IMG/VR virus record: IMGVR_UViG_3300030329_005244
DNA from: a virus
Strand: one strand, 5' to 3'
DNA: 64,000 bases
Shown here: positions 36,016-46,335 of the stretch, in pieces
How the letters are laid out: every line of letters starts with the position of its first letter
Numbering within the stretch: position 1 is the first letter of the stretch
The notes under the pieces: generated by a model
The model's input: only the letters and a program-made list of their open reading frames with translations
Databases searched by the model: none
What the model was told of the DNA's origin: nothing
Program-made: the position numbers and the translations under genes

Positions 36016-36948
36016 TCAAATTGCGGCAAGCAAATCTAACAATAAATAGTCCTCTTGATTGATAAAGGTTGCGTTTTGCTTTCTTTCTTGAAAGATGTGT
36101 TTCGGCATAGAACCAACATCTTCATATCCGTTCACATCAATCTTATAAAGTTCGATGTCATATTTGAGAAGGGTCTGAATTAATCTCCGTTCTTTCTTGG
36201 CTGCGTCAGGGTCGAGAGCCACAAAAACAGGAGTATCATTATAGACGATACTTCGCACCAGCTTGGAATTCTCTTGAAGCGATGAGCCAAGCAGGGGCAC
36301 AGAGTTGCCTGCGACGATGGCGTCAAAGGCTCCCTCAACGAGCGTCAGGTCATTCGTCCAGTCCACATACAGTTCGTTGAAGATAATATTTTTTGTTGCT
36401 CTCGGATTCTTGTATTTGTAAGAGTCGCCGTTATAAGAACGGGCGATGAAGAAGTTGGTATCACCATCATCATCAAACGATGGAATGATCACCCGGTTGC
36501 GATACTCGCCTTCAAAGCAATAACCAATCTTCCATCGCACCATATCGTCAAAAGTCACTCCGCGCGACTGGAGATAGTTAAATGCGTGCCTTCCTGTGGC
36601 TGATACCTTGCGAGAAGTTAGGGTGCGGAATTCTGCTGGGAGTTCAACTTTGCTCTTTGCATCTTCATTCCCGTCTTCACTGAAAAGATCGCAAAATCTT
36701 TCAAGCTCAGTTCCACCCGACAATTGTCGCCATTTCTGGAGTTGTGTATAAGAACCAAAACGCTTAACAAGCCGTACAATACTGCGCCCACGATAATCGC
36801 ACACCCAGCACTTAAACATATTTTTGTCAACGTTAACAGAAAGTTTGCGCTTGTGGTGAGAGCATTTCGGACACGCGAAAAGGAGTTCTTTATTCCTGTC
36901 GATGTAGTTTCCAAGTATCTCATGAAGGATTTTCTTCTTCTCTTTCAT
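36016..36948 (-). CDS. dnaG: DNA primase (DnaG/gp61-like)
   Basis: Zn finger CPKC…H…CWVC; YLQSRG; RVIIP; TOPRIM LVEGAFDAI and LDPDA. Confidence 0.92.
   Translation of the reverse strand: MKEKKKILHEILGNYIDRNKELLFACPKCSHHKRKLSVNVDKNMFKCWVCDYRGRSIVRLVKRFGSYTQLQKWRQLSGGTELERFCDLFSEDGNEDAKSKVELPAEFRTLTSRKVSATGRHAFNYLQSRGVTFDDMVRWKIGYCFEGEYRNRVIIPSFDDDGDTNFFIARSYNGDSYKYKNPRATKNIIFNELYVDWTNDLTLVEGAFDAIVAGNSVPLLGSSLQENSKLVRSIVYNDTPVFVALDPDAAKKERRLIQTLLKYDIELYKIDVNGYEDVGSMPKHIFQERKQNATFINQEDYLLLDLLAAI
36043..36050 (-). promoter_or_regulatory. Putative late promoter motif inside the primase 3' end
   Basis: ATAAATAGT on +, 39 nt upstream of the leader-bearing gene at 36004. Confidence 0.55.
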
Positions 36949-36978
36949 AGTTCCTCGGGGGAGTTGCCCTTAATCTAA

Positions 36979-37518
36979 TCACCCTGTTGCCGATGTCAAG
37001 CCCTCGTGCTCAAGTTTGTATCCTGCGCGAGCGATAACAATAGCGTCCGCACGATCAAAAAACTCTGCCTTGGGGTTTCCAAAGCGTGTTGTCGCCACCA
37101 CGAATGTGGGCTCTGTATTGGCAATATGTTCTATCACAACTTTCTTTGCCTTTGTTCCTCTGGGGATTTTTATTCCGCACTGCTTTCGAGCAGAGCCAGC
37201 AGAAATATACTTGGGCTCTTTTCTAAACTCTTCATAACACACCCAAGACACCATGCCATTAAAGCGTGTGAGAAGTGACAAAGTTTTTGCAGAGGACTTT
37301 CCGCCCATAAACATGTGAAGAGATTGTTCAATATAAACCTCATCAATGCCGTAGTAAGTCTTGCGAATGTCTTGAAGCTTATCAACGAAGCGTTCACATT
37401 TAGCAAAAATGTTTTTTTCTTTGCGTAAGTCGAGAGATGTATGGTGAACCAACATTCCTCGTTTGTCTATAACAGCAAAGCCGCAAATGCTTGTGCTGAT
37501 GTCCAAACCTAAAATCAT
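36979..37518 (-). CDS. ruvC: RuvC-like Holliday junction resolvase
   Basis: ILGLDIS, YIEQ and DRADAIVIA catalytic acidic residues. Confidence 0.88.
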   Translation of the reverse strand: MILGLDISTSICGFAVIDKRGMLVHHTSLDLRKEKNIFAKCERFVDKLQDIRKTYYGIDEVYIEQSLHMFMGGKSSAKTLSLLTRFNGMVSWVCYEEFRKEPKYISAGSARKQCGIKIPRGTKAKKVVIEHIANTEPTFVVATTRFGNPKAEFFDRADAIVIARAGYKLEHEGLTSATG

Positions 37519-38891
37519 ATGTCAAGCCGTAATTTAAACGTAAGATCCTCATCCTCCTTCTTTAAAACAGGATTAGCAAGGGTGGCGACACCAATCAGAT
37601 TCTTGCTGGAATCGTAAATGCCGATTCGAGAGATATACACTTGCCTCTCGAAAGAAGCGGATTGGTGTGCGTAACTAGAGCTTACCACGTTCTGTATTAA
37701 ACGACTACTATTTTCTTCATAAATTTGAGAAGAAGAATGAGCCACCAGATTTTGTCCATATTGAAGGAATGTGGGATTATTAGAATAGTTAACCTCGCCC
37801 CGGCGAGCATTGGTAAACATTGTCACCACCTGAGTGTCAGTTTCTCCCTGGAAGGATGCTCCAAAAGATGCAGAACTATAAGTGGCCGCAGTCGTGGCTT
37901 GAGTGACGCCGTCGTTGGCTCCAGCTCCAAAATAAATCCACTTAGGCTTATATGTGGTGGCGTCATCTTTAATGATTGCCACTTGTTCGCTGGTAAGATC
38001 CCAGGAGCCAGTTAGAAGAATCAAACCTTCTTCATAAAGAACGACGCCCGCGACAGAACCGCTGTTGTCAGGAAGATTAGAATCGTTTCCCAAGTCTCGT
38101 TCGCTGGTTACTTGGATTAATTCTCCGTTTTGCTTAATGTCTTTGACTTCTCCCAAAAGAGAACCAGTCATATACCAACGCAATGAAACTGTGCCTGGAT
38201 AAATGCGTCTTCCATAAAAGATAGAAGGGACAGACAACATATTGATGACTTGTTGATCCTTAATCCACTCATACGTGTCTCCGGTGGCAGAACCGGTTAC
38301 TCTATAATGCTTGCTGCGAGCGCCTAAAAAGTTAAGCCTATTTTTCATAGCCCAGTAATGACGATATTTTAGCTCGCCATGAGTTTCGCACTTTTGAGTG
38401 CTATCGTCACACTCGGTTAAATCTAAATCATCGCCAGTATTAGCATCATAAATTTTAATTAACTTCCCTGCGGTGTCTTTCATGTATTCTCGCACGATGG
38501 AAGCAGACATGGGAAGCTGTCCATACATCGTGTCGCCATAAGAAAACTCATTGGCATAAGCGGTGGCGCCCACTGTGGTAAAGCTGGCGCCTGCACTATC
38601 TTTAGTGATAAAGGGGCGAATGAAAAGATTGCCACCCCGAGATACATGATAGCCATCGGGATCCGTAATGGGTGTTCCTACGCCGCTACTCTTATCGATG
38701 TTATATTCATAAAGGCTTATGTAGCCATGCCCACCAGACACCGATGTCACTGCCGTTCCGTTAAACGAACCTGATCGAGCCGGAATATTATTATAATAAA
38801 TTCCACCATCATAAATGAAAAACTCACTTTGAGGGTGAGCTTTCATTGTGTTTATAATAATATCATTGGTTCCGAACTTTTTAAGGGACAT
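37515..38891 (-). CDS. Baseplate/tail-associated structural protein
   Basis: C-terminal NYSNNPTF…YISRIGIYDSSKNLIGVATLANPVLK…RLDI; paralogous to 38899..40002. Confidence 0.6.
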   Translation of the reverse strand: MSLKKFGTNDIIINTMKAHPQSEFFIYDGGIYYNNIPARSGSFNGTAVTSVSGGHGYISLYEYNIDKSSGVGTPITDPDGYHVSRGGNLFIRPFITKDSAGASFTTVGATAYANEFSYGDTMYGQLPMSASIVREYMKDTAGKLIKIYDANTGDDLDLTECDDSTQKCETHGELKYRHYWAMKNRLNFLGARSKHYRVTGSATGDTYEWIKDQQVINMLSVPSIFYGRRIYPGTVSLRWYMTGSLLGEVKDIKQNGELIQVTSERDLGNDSNLPDNSGSVAGVVLYEEGLILLTGSWDLTSEQVAIIKDDATTYKPKWIYFGAGANDGVTQATTAATYSSASFGASFQGETDTQVVTMFTNARRGEVNYSNNPTFLQYGQNLVAHSSSQIYEENSSRLIQNVVSSSYAHQSASFERQVYISRIGIYDSSKNLIGVATLANPVLKKEDEDLTFKLRLDI

Positions 38892-38898
38892 GGTGCTA

Positions 38899-40002
38899 TT
38901 AGTAGTCTAGTCGGACACGCAGCGTAATATCGTTGGTGGGATCCTTTCTTAAGGGCTCGCTAAGCTTTGCCGTTGCAAGAAGTTCGTTATTAGAACTGTA
39001 TAGTCCGATGGTGGTGATGTACGAAACCGGGTTGTCCGAAGCAACGTTCTTCACCTGAATCTTGCTGCCTGACGTATATGTCGGGTTGGAGCTGTAGTTG
39101 TACTTATTGTGCGGCACTCGACAGAAATAAATCGTAGAGTTAATCTCGGTAGTGTTGTTAAACGAGAGATTGTAAAGCCGATGCCGAAGGGCGTCACAGT
39201 TTCCAGAGATGGATTGAGAGACGAACGAGTCGGCGAATTCATAGTAACCCCCACCATCTGAATGCGACTTGCTGAAGAATTGTGCCGAACTAGAGAAAAT
39301 CGAGCCTGTAACCACCACGATTCCAGCCTGGTAGAACACCAGCCCATACACACCTGCGCCGGCGCCCTTACCATAGGTTCCATCGCCGTTAGCTTCGTAA
39401 AGAAGTCCGTATTGCCCACCCACTGTGTCTTGGATGCCGCTATCTGCCGAGGATGCCGACACATCCTGAAGGGTGAGAATCGAGCCGCCAGTGGAGGCGA
39501 AAGGATCTGCCCAAGAGCCTGTACCAATCTTAAGATTGACAGAACCTTTTTTAATCTGATCCTTGGTAAGCAATCGAGAGAACGAAAGGAAATATCCATC
39601 TTTCATCAGGTTGGCAGCGCTTGCATCCAACACAAGATCATTCTCAAACAAGCGAACCGTGTTAGTGGAGCCAGTGTATCCCAGAAGAACCTGCGAGAAT
39701 TGATTGTAAATATTGATTTTCTTCGACTGTTGGACGGCGTTCAGAGAACCAGACATGGTGGAGGACTCATCAAAGCCCATCGTAATATCAAAAATATGGT
39801 TGGCGGAAGAACTAAGGTACGGATAGTCAAATTGGCTTTGCCACATTCCGTGGGTATAGTTTTTAACATTCGTCTCGCTCGTCCAATTGCCGTACACACC
39901 ACTCATGATGGTACCGGTTACCGGAATAGCTTCATGTAAGAGGGTCTTAGTTGTGGTAACATCTGTAGTCGTATTCAGACTCTCATAATTTTTAACTGGC
40001 AT
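38899..40002 (-). CDS. Baseplate/tail-associated structural protein
   Basis: C-terminal NYSSNPTY…YITTIGLYSSNNELLATAKLSEPLRK…RLDY. Confidence 0.6.
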   Translation of the reverse strand: MPVKNYESLNTTTDVTTTKTLLHEAIPVTGTIMSGVYGNWTSETNVKNYTHGMWQSQFDYPYLSSSANHIFDITMGFDESSTMSGSLNAVQQSKKINIYNQFSQVLLGYTGSTNTVRLFENDLVLDASAANLMKDGYFLSFSRLLTKDQIKKGSVNLKIGTGSWADPFASTGGSILTLQDVSASSADSGIQDTVGGQYGLLYEANGDGTYGKGAGAGVYGLVFYQAGIVVVTGSIFSSSAQFFSKSHSDGGGYYEFADSFVSQSISGNCDALRHRLYNLSFNNTTEINSTIYFCRVPHNKYNYSSNPTYTSGSKIQVKNVASDNPVSYITTIGLYSSNNELLATAKLSEPLRKDPTNDITLRVRLDY

Positions 40003-40015
40003 TTAATCTCCGTCC

Positions 40016-41026
40016 TTATGTTCCAGAATATTGAATAATAGTAACGTCAACCTGTTCCGTGATGCCGGAAATTGCACCTTGAATATAAACAGTTGTCGTT
40101 AAGTAATTGTATTGATTGCTCCCGGCAAAACGACTAGTGTCGTTAAGGCTTCCGTACAGAGAGAAAGTGGTGTCGTTTAAGCCCCCAACAGTTTGAAAGT
40201 TCAACATCGTAAAGGTGCCACGCGGGCCCTTTAAGGCAGAAACTGTACTATCCGCTGGAGAGCCTGTATATTGGAAAATACTATCGGCAATACCCGACAC
40301 AGAAGCGACTGCATAGTTTTCCATAAAGTCAGTTGCCGAAGTGCCCCCAACAGCCGCCAAAGATTTATTTAGGGTGACGACTCCATTGCTCGTATCATTA
40401 GAAAAGCTAGTTCCCGACGAAGGACCAATCACTCCACCAAGGAAGCGCGTATCATAATATACATTAAATGTGGTATCTAGCATATTATTATTAGTTAAGT
40501 AGGTTTGTCGATTTGCCGAAGTGGGAGCCACATCGGAAGTATCCAGTCCAGATTCCAAAAGAACTGCCCGACCACTTGTAGAGGCATCCGTGAGGAAGTA
40601 TTTGGCATTCCCTAAATCAGTGGCTAGCTTATCCTCAGTGCTGGCAGCCGTCGTTGTGGCTGTCATAGCCAAGTAAACTGTCCCGTTTTTCTTATAAACA
40701 ATATTATCAGCCACAGCGGCGACAGTAGACTCGTTCATCACCAAAGAGGGCATATAAAGAATATCATCGCGAGAAAGACTCATCAAGCCATAATTGATAT
40801 TGGCGTTAGTGCCCGTGAACGCTTCAAACACTGGCGTCTGCATGATCTCTAAATCATAATATGCCGTTCCACTTGGGTGGTTCTTGTTGTATAAACCATA
40901 ATCAATCTCATCATCCCCAAGCGCATACTTGACGACACTAAATGTTCCATCCGCCATCTTCTTTCTGCCCACATCCGTTAAGACGGCATCGAGAATGATG
41001 TCACCGGAATTGTCTAAAAAAGCCAT
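40016..41026 (-). CDS. Baseplate/tail-associated structural protein
   Basis: N-terminal DAVLTDVGRKKMADG.F…ALGDDEIDY motif; late motif upstream. Confidence 0.6.
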   Translation of the reverse strand: MAFLDNSGDIILDAVLTDVGRKKMADGTFSVVKYALGDDEIDYGLYNKNHPSGTAYYDLEIMQTPVFEAFTGTNANINYGLMSLSRDDILYMPSLVMNESTVAAVADNIVYKKNGTVYLAMTATTTAASTEDKLATDLGNAKYFLTDASTSGRAVLLESGLDTSDVAPTSANRQTYLTNNNMLDTTFNVYYDTRFLGGVIGPSSGTSFSNDTSNGVVTLNKSLAAVGGTSATDFMENYAVASVSGIADSIFQYTGSPADSTVSALKGPRGTFTMLNFQTVGGLNDTTFSLYGSLNDTSRFAGSNQYNYLTTTVYIQGAISGITEQVDVTIIQYSGT

Positions 41027-41047
41027 TAATGTACCTCTCTCTCACCA

Positions 41048-41055
41048 TAAATAGT
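41048..41055 (-). promoter_or_regulatory. Putative late promoter motif ACTATTTA
   Basis: TAAATAGT on + in the 40-nt gap, before a GAGG RBS. Confidence 0.65.
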
Positions 41056-41066
41056 TGTATTTTTCT

Positions 41067-43751
41067 TTATTCGCCATTCAACTTATAAGTAATGTTCAGG
41101 TCAATTTTCTTCCCTGTTTTCTTAGATGTCAAGCGAACCTTGAATTTCTTCCCCCAAAGAGAATCTTCTGCTACCCCTACGCCTTGCGTTACTGCCTGAA
41201 ATTGGTTTAGCGCCGTATCTGCAAAGTCTACATCTTCCGTATTAAAAGTCAAATGAGACAAATTAGGCTCCAATTGGAATATCTTCTTAAAAGGAATCGA
41301 AGGGTTGGAGTAAGACGATTGTCCCAACGAAGACGGAAATAACGTATTAAAGGTGGCAAATTTAAATCCCCCATCGCTCACCAATTCTGCTTGGAGAATG
41401 TCCGACACATGCCCGTATCCACCCTCCTCATTCAAAACCCTAAATAAATAGTAGTACTTGCGATTTATATCGATTCTATCAATGAAGTCCACATAAGAAA
41501 GGCGATCTGAATCGTCTTGTTTTTTTAAGTCTATGCTTGCAATCTGACTGCCTTCAAAATCGTGCAAAGAGTGGGGCAACTTGTCCAATCGGTAAACCTC
41601 AATAGATTTATGTTGGGAAACTGTTTCAAGCCACAAATCATTGTCCTCCAGCAAATCCCATGCATGCAGATAGCTTGTTTTATACTCTTCGTCTCTTGCC
41701 AACACTCCAAGAGGAAATGGCTGTTGCAAAAAAGTTTCATATCTCAAGGAGAAACCAATTCGTTGAGAGTTGTCTAAAAATTGGCGAGGAATAACATTCA
41801 ATTGATTGGGAGGGTTGTCTAATACTTTCAAGGTTTTACTCCCCATGGGAATTTCAAACAATTTGAAAGAAGGAGCAATGTTTACCTTAAAATCTGCCAT
41901 ATATTGTTGCGAACTTTTAACCTGCGCTGGGCCCTGATAAGTGTTAAAACTCTGATCGTGGCCAAACAATTGAGGAGTTGATTCCGATGTAAGAGGATTA
42001 TAGTACTCCAAGCAATATTTTTCCTCAGCCTCGTCATAAGATATTTGACGAGTCACTGCCAAATCAGTACACTGATATTCGTGTCCTGCTCCGACCACAT
42101 AGGCATAAATCTTATAGGTATAGTCTTTGCCGTACTTTACTTGAGTATCACAATACATAAACGATGTTAAGTCGCTGGAATTAAAGAACCAGAAATTTTG
42201 AAGAGTGGGTTGTGTTATGTCATCCCCCGTGGGGCTGCCCCCTATTTTCTCTATTCTATATGCCAATGTTTCACTGTAATAGAAAGCTTTTTGGTAAAGG
42301 CGCGCTAACGGATGTATTTGAGAGCCCTGTGTTTCCTGCCCCGCTGTCTTCCAAATGTTGTTGTTCATCCAATTGTCAACAAATTTTTCCTCCACCACGC
42401 TAAGAGTGTCTCTCATCACATTCAATACATTAACCGTGTTGTATGCTCGATAAGTGCCCGTGGAATCCATCACTCCTTTAATTGCCAAACCGTCTTCTTC
42501 CACAAAACAACAATTAGAAGTAACAGATTTATAATTATTATGAATATAGCCTAACATTTTTAGAAAGTCAACCTCTCTCAGTGGAGTATTGTTGACTTCA
42601 TAGCGATTATGAACAACACCCTCAGCAGAAGCAGAGTACATCGAATTCCAAGCGGCATATTCCACCTTTTTGGCCTTAAAATCATCTAACTGATCAGTAA
42701 AAATCTCCTTGAGAGTTTTTAATAATTTATTGCCAAAATCATTTTCTTCTATGGCATTGCCAATGGCGCCAACAGAATCGGGCGTAAACTCAATCTGATT
42801 ATAGTAAGGGAAAAATGCTTTCTCCTCACTCACATCCGTGAGAGGGTTGAATGTGGTATTTCCAACCACCCCGCTGCTAGGATCAATACCACTGACGGCA
42901 TTATCCGAAGCAAAAATCATATTTTGTAGTTGATCCTTGACTGCTGCTTCTGTGCTGGCAGACAAAGGAAACATCAATATAGATTGGGCAATGGAACTGT
43001 TAAACCCATCATAATTGGGGGTATCGTATTTATTTAAATAAGTTTCCAAAGGCTGTTCATTGGTTAAGTAAGTCCCTTCGTGAATAGCGCCATCGCGAGT
43101 TACAAAATTGTGCAACGTTTGCGTCAAGGCGGCGTTGTTTCCCTCGCCAGTGTTGTACCAGGTAAAATTATTATTCATCTTTAAAAGATACATATTGGGA
43201 ATGAGAAGTTCCGAATCTAATCTATTAACATACTCTTCGTAATTTTTGAAATGATGATTGTAGCGCGGAGTTATGGTAAACACCTCGCTTTCACTTACAA
43301 GCCCTGGACTTAAAGTGTTGAGAACGTTCTTTTGAATCCCGTCGTAAAGAGAGGTGTGAACGAAGGAATTGTTGTCAAACACCTCTTCATTAAAAATAGG
43401 AGCATACTCATTTTCTCCCCACGTTCCCCCCACCAATATGGTTTTCCACTGTTCATCGCTGAGAATTAATTCAGCATTTCCATTTAGCCTAGCCATATAT
43501 GTGTAGTTGGGCACAATAGCCTCGGGATTATTAACGGAAATATCGTGAGTAAAGCCATCGTATTGGCCCCAAATATTCTTTAAAAAAGGATTTGCCAAGT
43601 TAGTATGATCAAATTCATTTGCCCATGTCGTCGAAGTCCCGACACTGGGACTGCTGGCTTCTACTTCCTCGTAAAAAAACCCCAAAGCAGTACGCAAAGT
43701 ATCGCTAGAACCCGAGAAAAGGTTTAAATCAAAATAAGAAGTGGTGGGCAT
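41067..43751 (-). CDS. Hypothetical structural protein (894 aa, Fn3-like beta segments)
   Basis: DTQVKYGKDYTYKIYAY and DRIDINRKYYYLFR segments; C-terminal KFKVRLTSKKTGKKIDLN; located in the baseplate block. Confidence 0.6.
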   Translation of the reverse strand: MPTTSYFDLNLFSGSSDTLRTALGFFYEEVEASSPSVGTSTTWANEFDHTNLANPFLKNIWGQYDGFTHDISVNNPEAIVPNYTYMARLNGNAELILSDEQWKTILVGGTWGENEYAPIFNEEVFDNNSFVHTSLYDGIQKNVLNTLSPGLVSESEVFTITPRYNHHFKNYEEYVNRLDSELLIPNMYLLKMNNNFTWYNTGEGNNAALTQTLHNFVTRDGAIHEGTYLTNEQPLETYLNKYDTPNYDGFNSSIAQSILMFPLSASTEAAVKDQLQNMIFASDNAVSGIDPSSGVVGNTTFNPLTDVSEEKAFFPYYNQIEFTPDSVGAIGNAIEENDFGNKLLKTLKEIFTDQLDDFKAKKVEYAAWNSMYSASAEGVVHNRYEVNNTPLREVDFLKMLGYIHNNYKSVTSNCCFVEEDGLAIKGVMDSTGTYRAYNTVNVLNVMRDTLSVVEEKFVDNWMNNNIWKTAGQETQGSQIHPLARLYQKAFYYSETLAYRIEKIGGSPTGDDITQPTLQNFWFFNSSDLTSFMYCDTQVKYGKDYTYKIYAYVVGAGHEYQCTDLAVTRQISYDEAEEKYCLEYYNPLTSESTPQLFGHDQSFNTYQGPAQVKSSQQYMADFKVNIAPSFKLFEIPMGSKTLKVLDNPPNQLNVIPRQFLDNSQRIGFSLRYETFLQQPFPLGVLARDEEYKTSYLHAWDLLEDNDLWLETVSQHKSIEVYRLDKLPHSLHDFEGSQIASIDLKKQDDSDRLSYVDFIDRIDINRKYYYLFRVLNEEGGYGHVSDILQAELVSDGGFKFATFNTLFPSSLGQSSYSNPSIPFKKIFQLEPNLSHLTFNTEDVDFADTALNQFQAVTQGVGVAEDSLWGKKFKVRLTSKKTGKKIDLNITYKLNGE

Positions 43752-44383
43752 TATGTCACTTCCTTTGTCTTCACAAATCCGGTTTTTATTTGCTGTTCGA
43801 CTTCTTCAATCCCAAACACATCTACCATATCGTCCTCAAAGGGCACAGGGGGAGTTTGTTTGAATGAATATTTATTTACATAGAGGGTGGCGAGAATCTC
43901 GCTAATAACGTCCGTCACCTTGTTGTGGAGGGCACCACTTTCCACGCCGTCGCTATTGTCATAAAAGTAATCTTCCTCCATATAGCCGTAACGCTCTTTT
44001 AAGCCACCAAGCTCAGCCTCTCCATACTCCACCTCTATATCGCCTTTGCCCGAACTATCGCCGCTATCGCCACTTTCGTCAGCTTGAGCATAATAAATGT
44101 AATTGCCATAATTGCTGTTTATGCCGCTCGTATACCAATTGCGCAACCCCGAATCGTCATCCGTATACTTCACCAACCCAAGAATACCGTTCCACGCAAA
44201 TTCATAAAATGCCGACACATCTTCACTTTTAGAATAATCAGCCTCGGTTGCGTAAAATGCGCTCCAGGTCCAACCACCAGGATTATGGCCGCTGGTGGGT
44301 TCTATGAGTTCAGTTGTTCCGCCATCGTAGCTATCATCCGCATTTGTTCCCAACTTGTTCAGTTGATAAAAAGTATAGCCCAT
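43751..44383 (-). CDS. Hypothetical acidic protein
   Basis: 210-aa ORF with a GGAG RBS and a motif variant (TAAATATC, 44399-44406) upstream. Confidence 0.65.
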   Translation of the reverse strand: MGYTFYQLNKLGTNADDSYDGGTTELIEPTSGHNPGGWTWSAFYATEADYSKSEDVSAFYEFAWNGILGLVKYTDDDSGLRNWYTSGINSNYGNYIYYAQADESGDSGDSSGKGDIEVEYGEAELGGLKERYGYMEEDYFYDNSDGVESGALHNKVTDVISEILATLYVNKYSFKQTPPVPFEDDMVDVFGIEEVEQQIKTGFVKTKEVT

Positions 44384-44410
44384 TTTCTTCTCCCTCTCTA
44401 AATATCTTCT

Positions 44411-44995
44411 TTATTTAAATTCCGACAATGTACTAGGATTTGTAGTGTCCATATTGATGCTAAATACATCTACCGCTACCGTAATAACATCGGGCGTCAT
44501 TTTAGATGTTCTTCTCGCTTTATCTGCTGTCGATAATGCCTGCGGGATATCTCCATCCAACTCATAAAACGCATCATTAGAGTTTGTAAATTTCCCAGAC
44601 GCAGTTTGAGTTTTTGTCTTGGGATCGATAGTGCTCCTATCAGAAATATTAGGATTGCTTATGACCTCTGTATCGGTAGTATCTCGTTGCAAACTATAGT
44701 CGCTCCCTTTAGAATAATCCACCGAACAACCTAAAGCGCCCAACATATTAAGGGCGGAATTATTAACACTATTCTCCCCCGCGTAGCCCATATCAGCAAT
44801 ACCCTTCGCAGACATCATGTGAGTAGCCTGCGCCACTTGGGCACGTTGGGGACTTAGAGCAGAACTAACTACGACATTTCCATACCTTTTTGTAGTCGAA
44901 CGAGCAGAAAACTTTTTACCCCCCTCTTTGTTTATTTGAGTGGAGTTTGGGGTTGTGAGAAATTCTTCAGGTGTGGGGGTTTTAAATTTTGCCAT
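44411..44995 (-). CDS. Hypothetical protein
   Basis: 194-aa ORF in the operon; AAGGA RBS. Confidence 0.6.
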   Translation of the reverse strand: MAKFKTPTPEEFLTTPNSTQINKEGGKKFSARSTTKRYGNVVVSSALSPQRAQVAQATHMMSAKGIADMGYAGENSVNNSALNMLGALGCSVDYSKGSDYSLQRDTTDTEVISNPNISDRSTIDPKTKTQTASGKFTNSNDAFYELDGDIPQALSTADKARRTSKMTPDVITVAVDVFSINMDTTNPSTLSEFK

Positions 44996-44997
44996 GT

Positions 44998-46329
44998 CTA
45001 TAAATCCTTTGTAGAGTAAGTGATAACAATGCCGCTACCCTGATAAGCGCCGCCATCTGCTGGAGAACTCGTCCCATCCCAAGTAGCACCCGACCATTGA
45101 GCTATCCAATCGCTCGCCATTTCGCTTTGTCCGCTATAGTGAGAAGCCCCGCCACTGGACTGTCCTTCGCTAAATCGAACGAAAGTCCCGTTAGCTGTAT
45201 AGCTAGCTGACCACTGATAACCCTCGGTAGTTGCGGAATTAAAATTGTAGTGACCCTCAGAGGTTTCTGCGCCTGTGCCGCTAATTTTATCCTTAGCTGA
45301 ACCTTCAACGAGAGTAAACGGCCCATAACATTTATTGCCATGGTCATTGTCAGCACAACTCATATTCCCCGCCACTATCTTTTCCACTGTCATTGCGAGC
45401 GCTCCAGAGCCTACGGGATCAATTTGATAAAATTGGACAGTGATGCTACCAGGATCAGCCTCAACGGGCAGCTTATAATAATATAGCCAACCGGCCGTCG
45501 CGGCGGTGTCTGTCGCTTTAAATGCAGTTAACTCATCGGGATCACTTATGATATCTACAATTGTTGAACTGTAGTTTTGCTTATCGAAGTTTGTTGCCCA
45601 AGTAATGAGGGCGCCACCTTCTCCAAAAAATATATCTCGAAAATCATTATCCGTTGTCCCATAAGTAGACTCTGCTTCAGCCAGCAAGAGAGACAGCGAG
45701 CCTGCTATTTGATATTCCGCAAAAGGAAGTTTTCCTGTACTATACGAAGAACTCTTTCCTGAGAAAGTGTGTATTCCCCAATCGCTATTAGTTCCCATCC
45801 ATCCGCCTGCCGCGTCAATAACATTATACCACTTATACACATAAAGACTCTGATCGTAATCATCTGCCCCCATTGACAACACCAACATGGAATTAGGATT
45901 ATAAAGATACAGATTTTTCCCAGAAGGCGGTTGACCCGTATTCTTGTATATAGGATTGTTTATCAACTGTTGACCGCCCGCCAAATAAACATCCTCAGCC
46001 TTCACGTAATAAACAGTGACTTGAACGTCTAACGTATCACCTATAGTATTGCCTGTTCCCAGTTGCCAATCATAATAGGGAGAAATATCTGTCAACAATT
46101 CATCCCCCAAGGTGTCATATCGATTTGTCCACGCTTCTGCGACAACAACACTCTCAGAAGTTTCCGCATTGCGTACCAATTCCCAGTAATATCCAAGTAT
46201 AAACGCGTCAGAAACCTCGGCAGAAAAACGTCCCCGAAGGAGGTCGTTACTCTCAAAATAAGTTGGCGATGAAGATTTCATGCTTCCATCAGAGTTGTGC
46301 GTGGTTAGCCAAACGTTTGTTATTGCCAT
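44998..46329 (-). CDS. Hypothetical structural protein (aromatic/Gly-rich)
   Basis: 443-aa ORF in the tail/baseplate block. Confidence 0.65.
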   Translation of the reverse strand: MAITNVWLTTHNSDGSMKSSSPTYFESNDLLRGRFSAEVSDAFILGYYWELVRNAETSESVVVAEAWTNRYDTLGDELLTDISPYYDWQLGTGNTIGDTLDVQVTVYYVKAEDVYLAGGQQLINNPIYKNTGQPPSGKNLYLYNPNSMLVLSMGADDYDQSLYVYKWYNVIDAAGGWMGTNSDWGIHTFSGKSSSYSTGKLPFAEYQIAGSLSLLLAEAESTYGTTDNDFRDIFFGEGGALITWATNFDKQNYSSTIVDIISDPDELTAFKATDTAATAGWLYYYKLPVEADPGSITVQFYQIDPVGSGALAMTVEKIVAGNMSCADNDHGNKCYGPFTLVEGSAKDKISGTGAETSEGHYNFNSATTEGYQWSASYTANGTFVRFSEGQSSGGASHYSGQSEMASDWIAQWSGATWDGTSSPADGGAYQGSGIVITYSTKDL

Positions 46330-46335
46330 TTTTCT

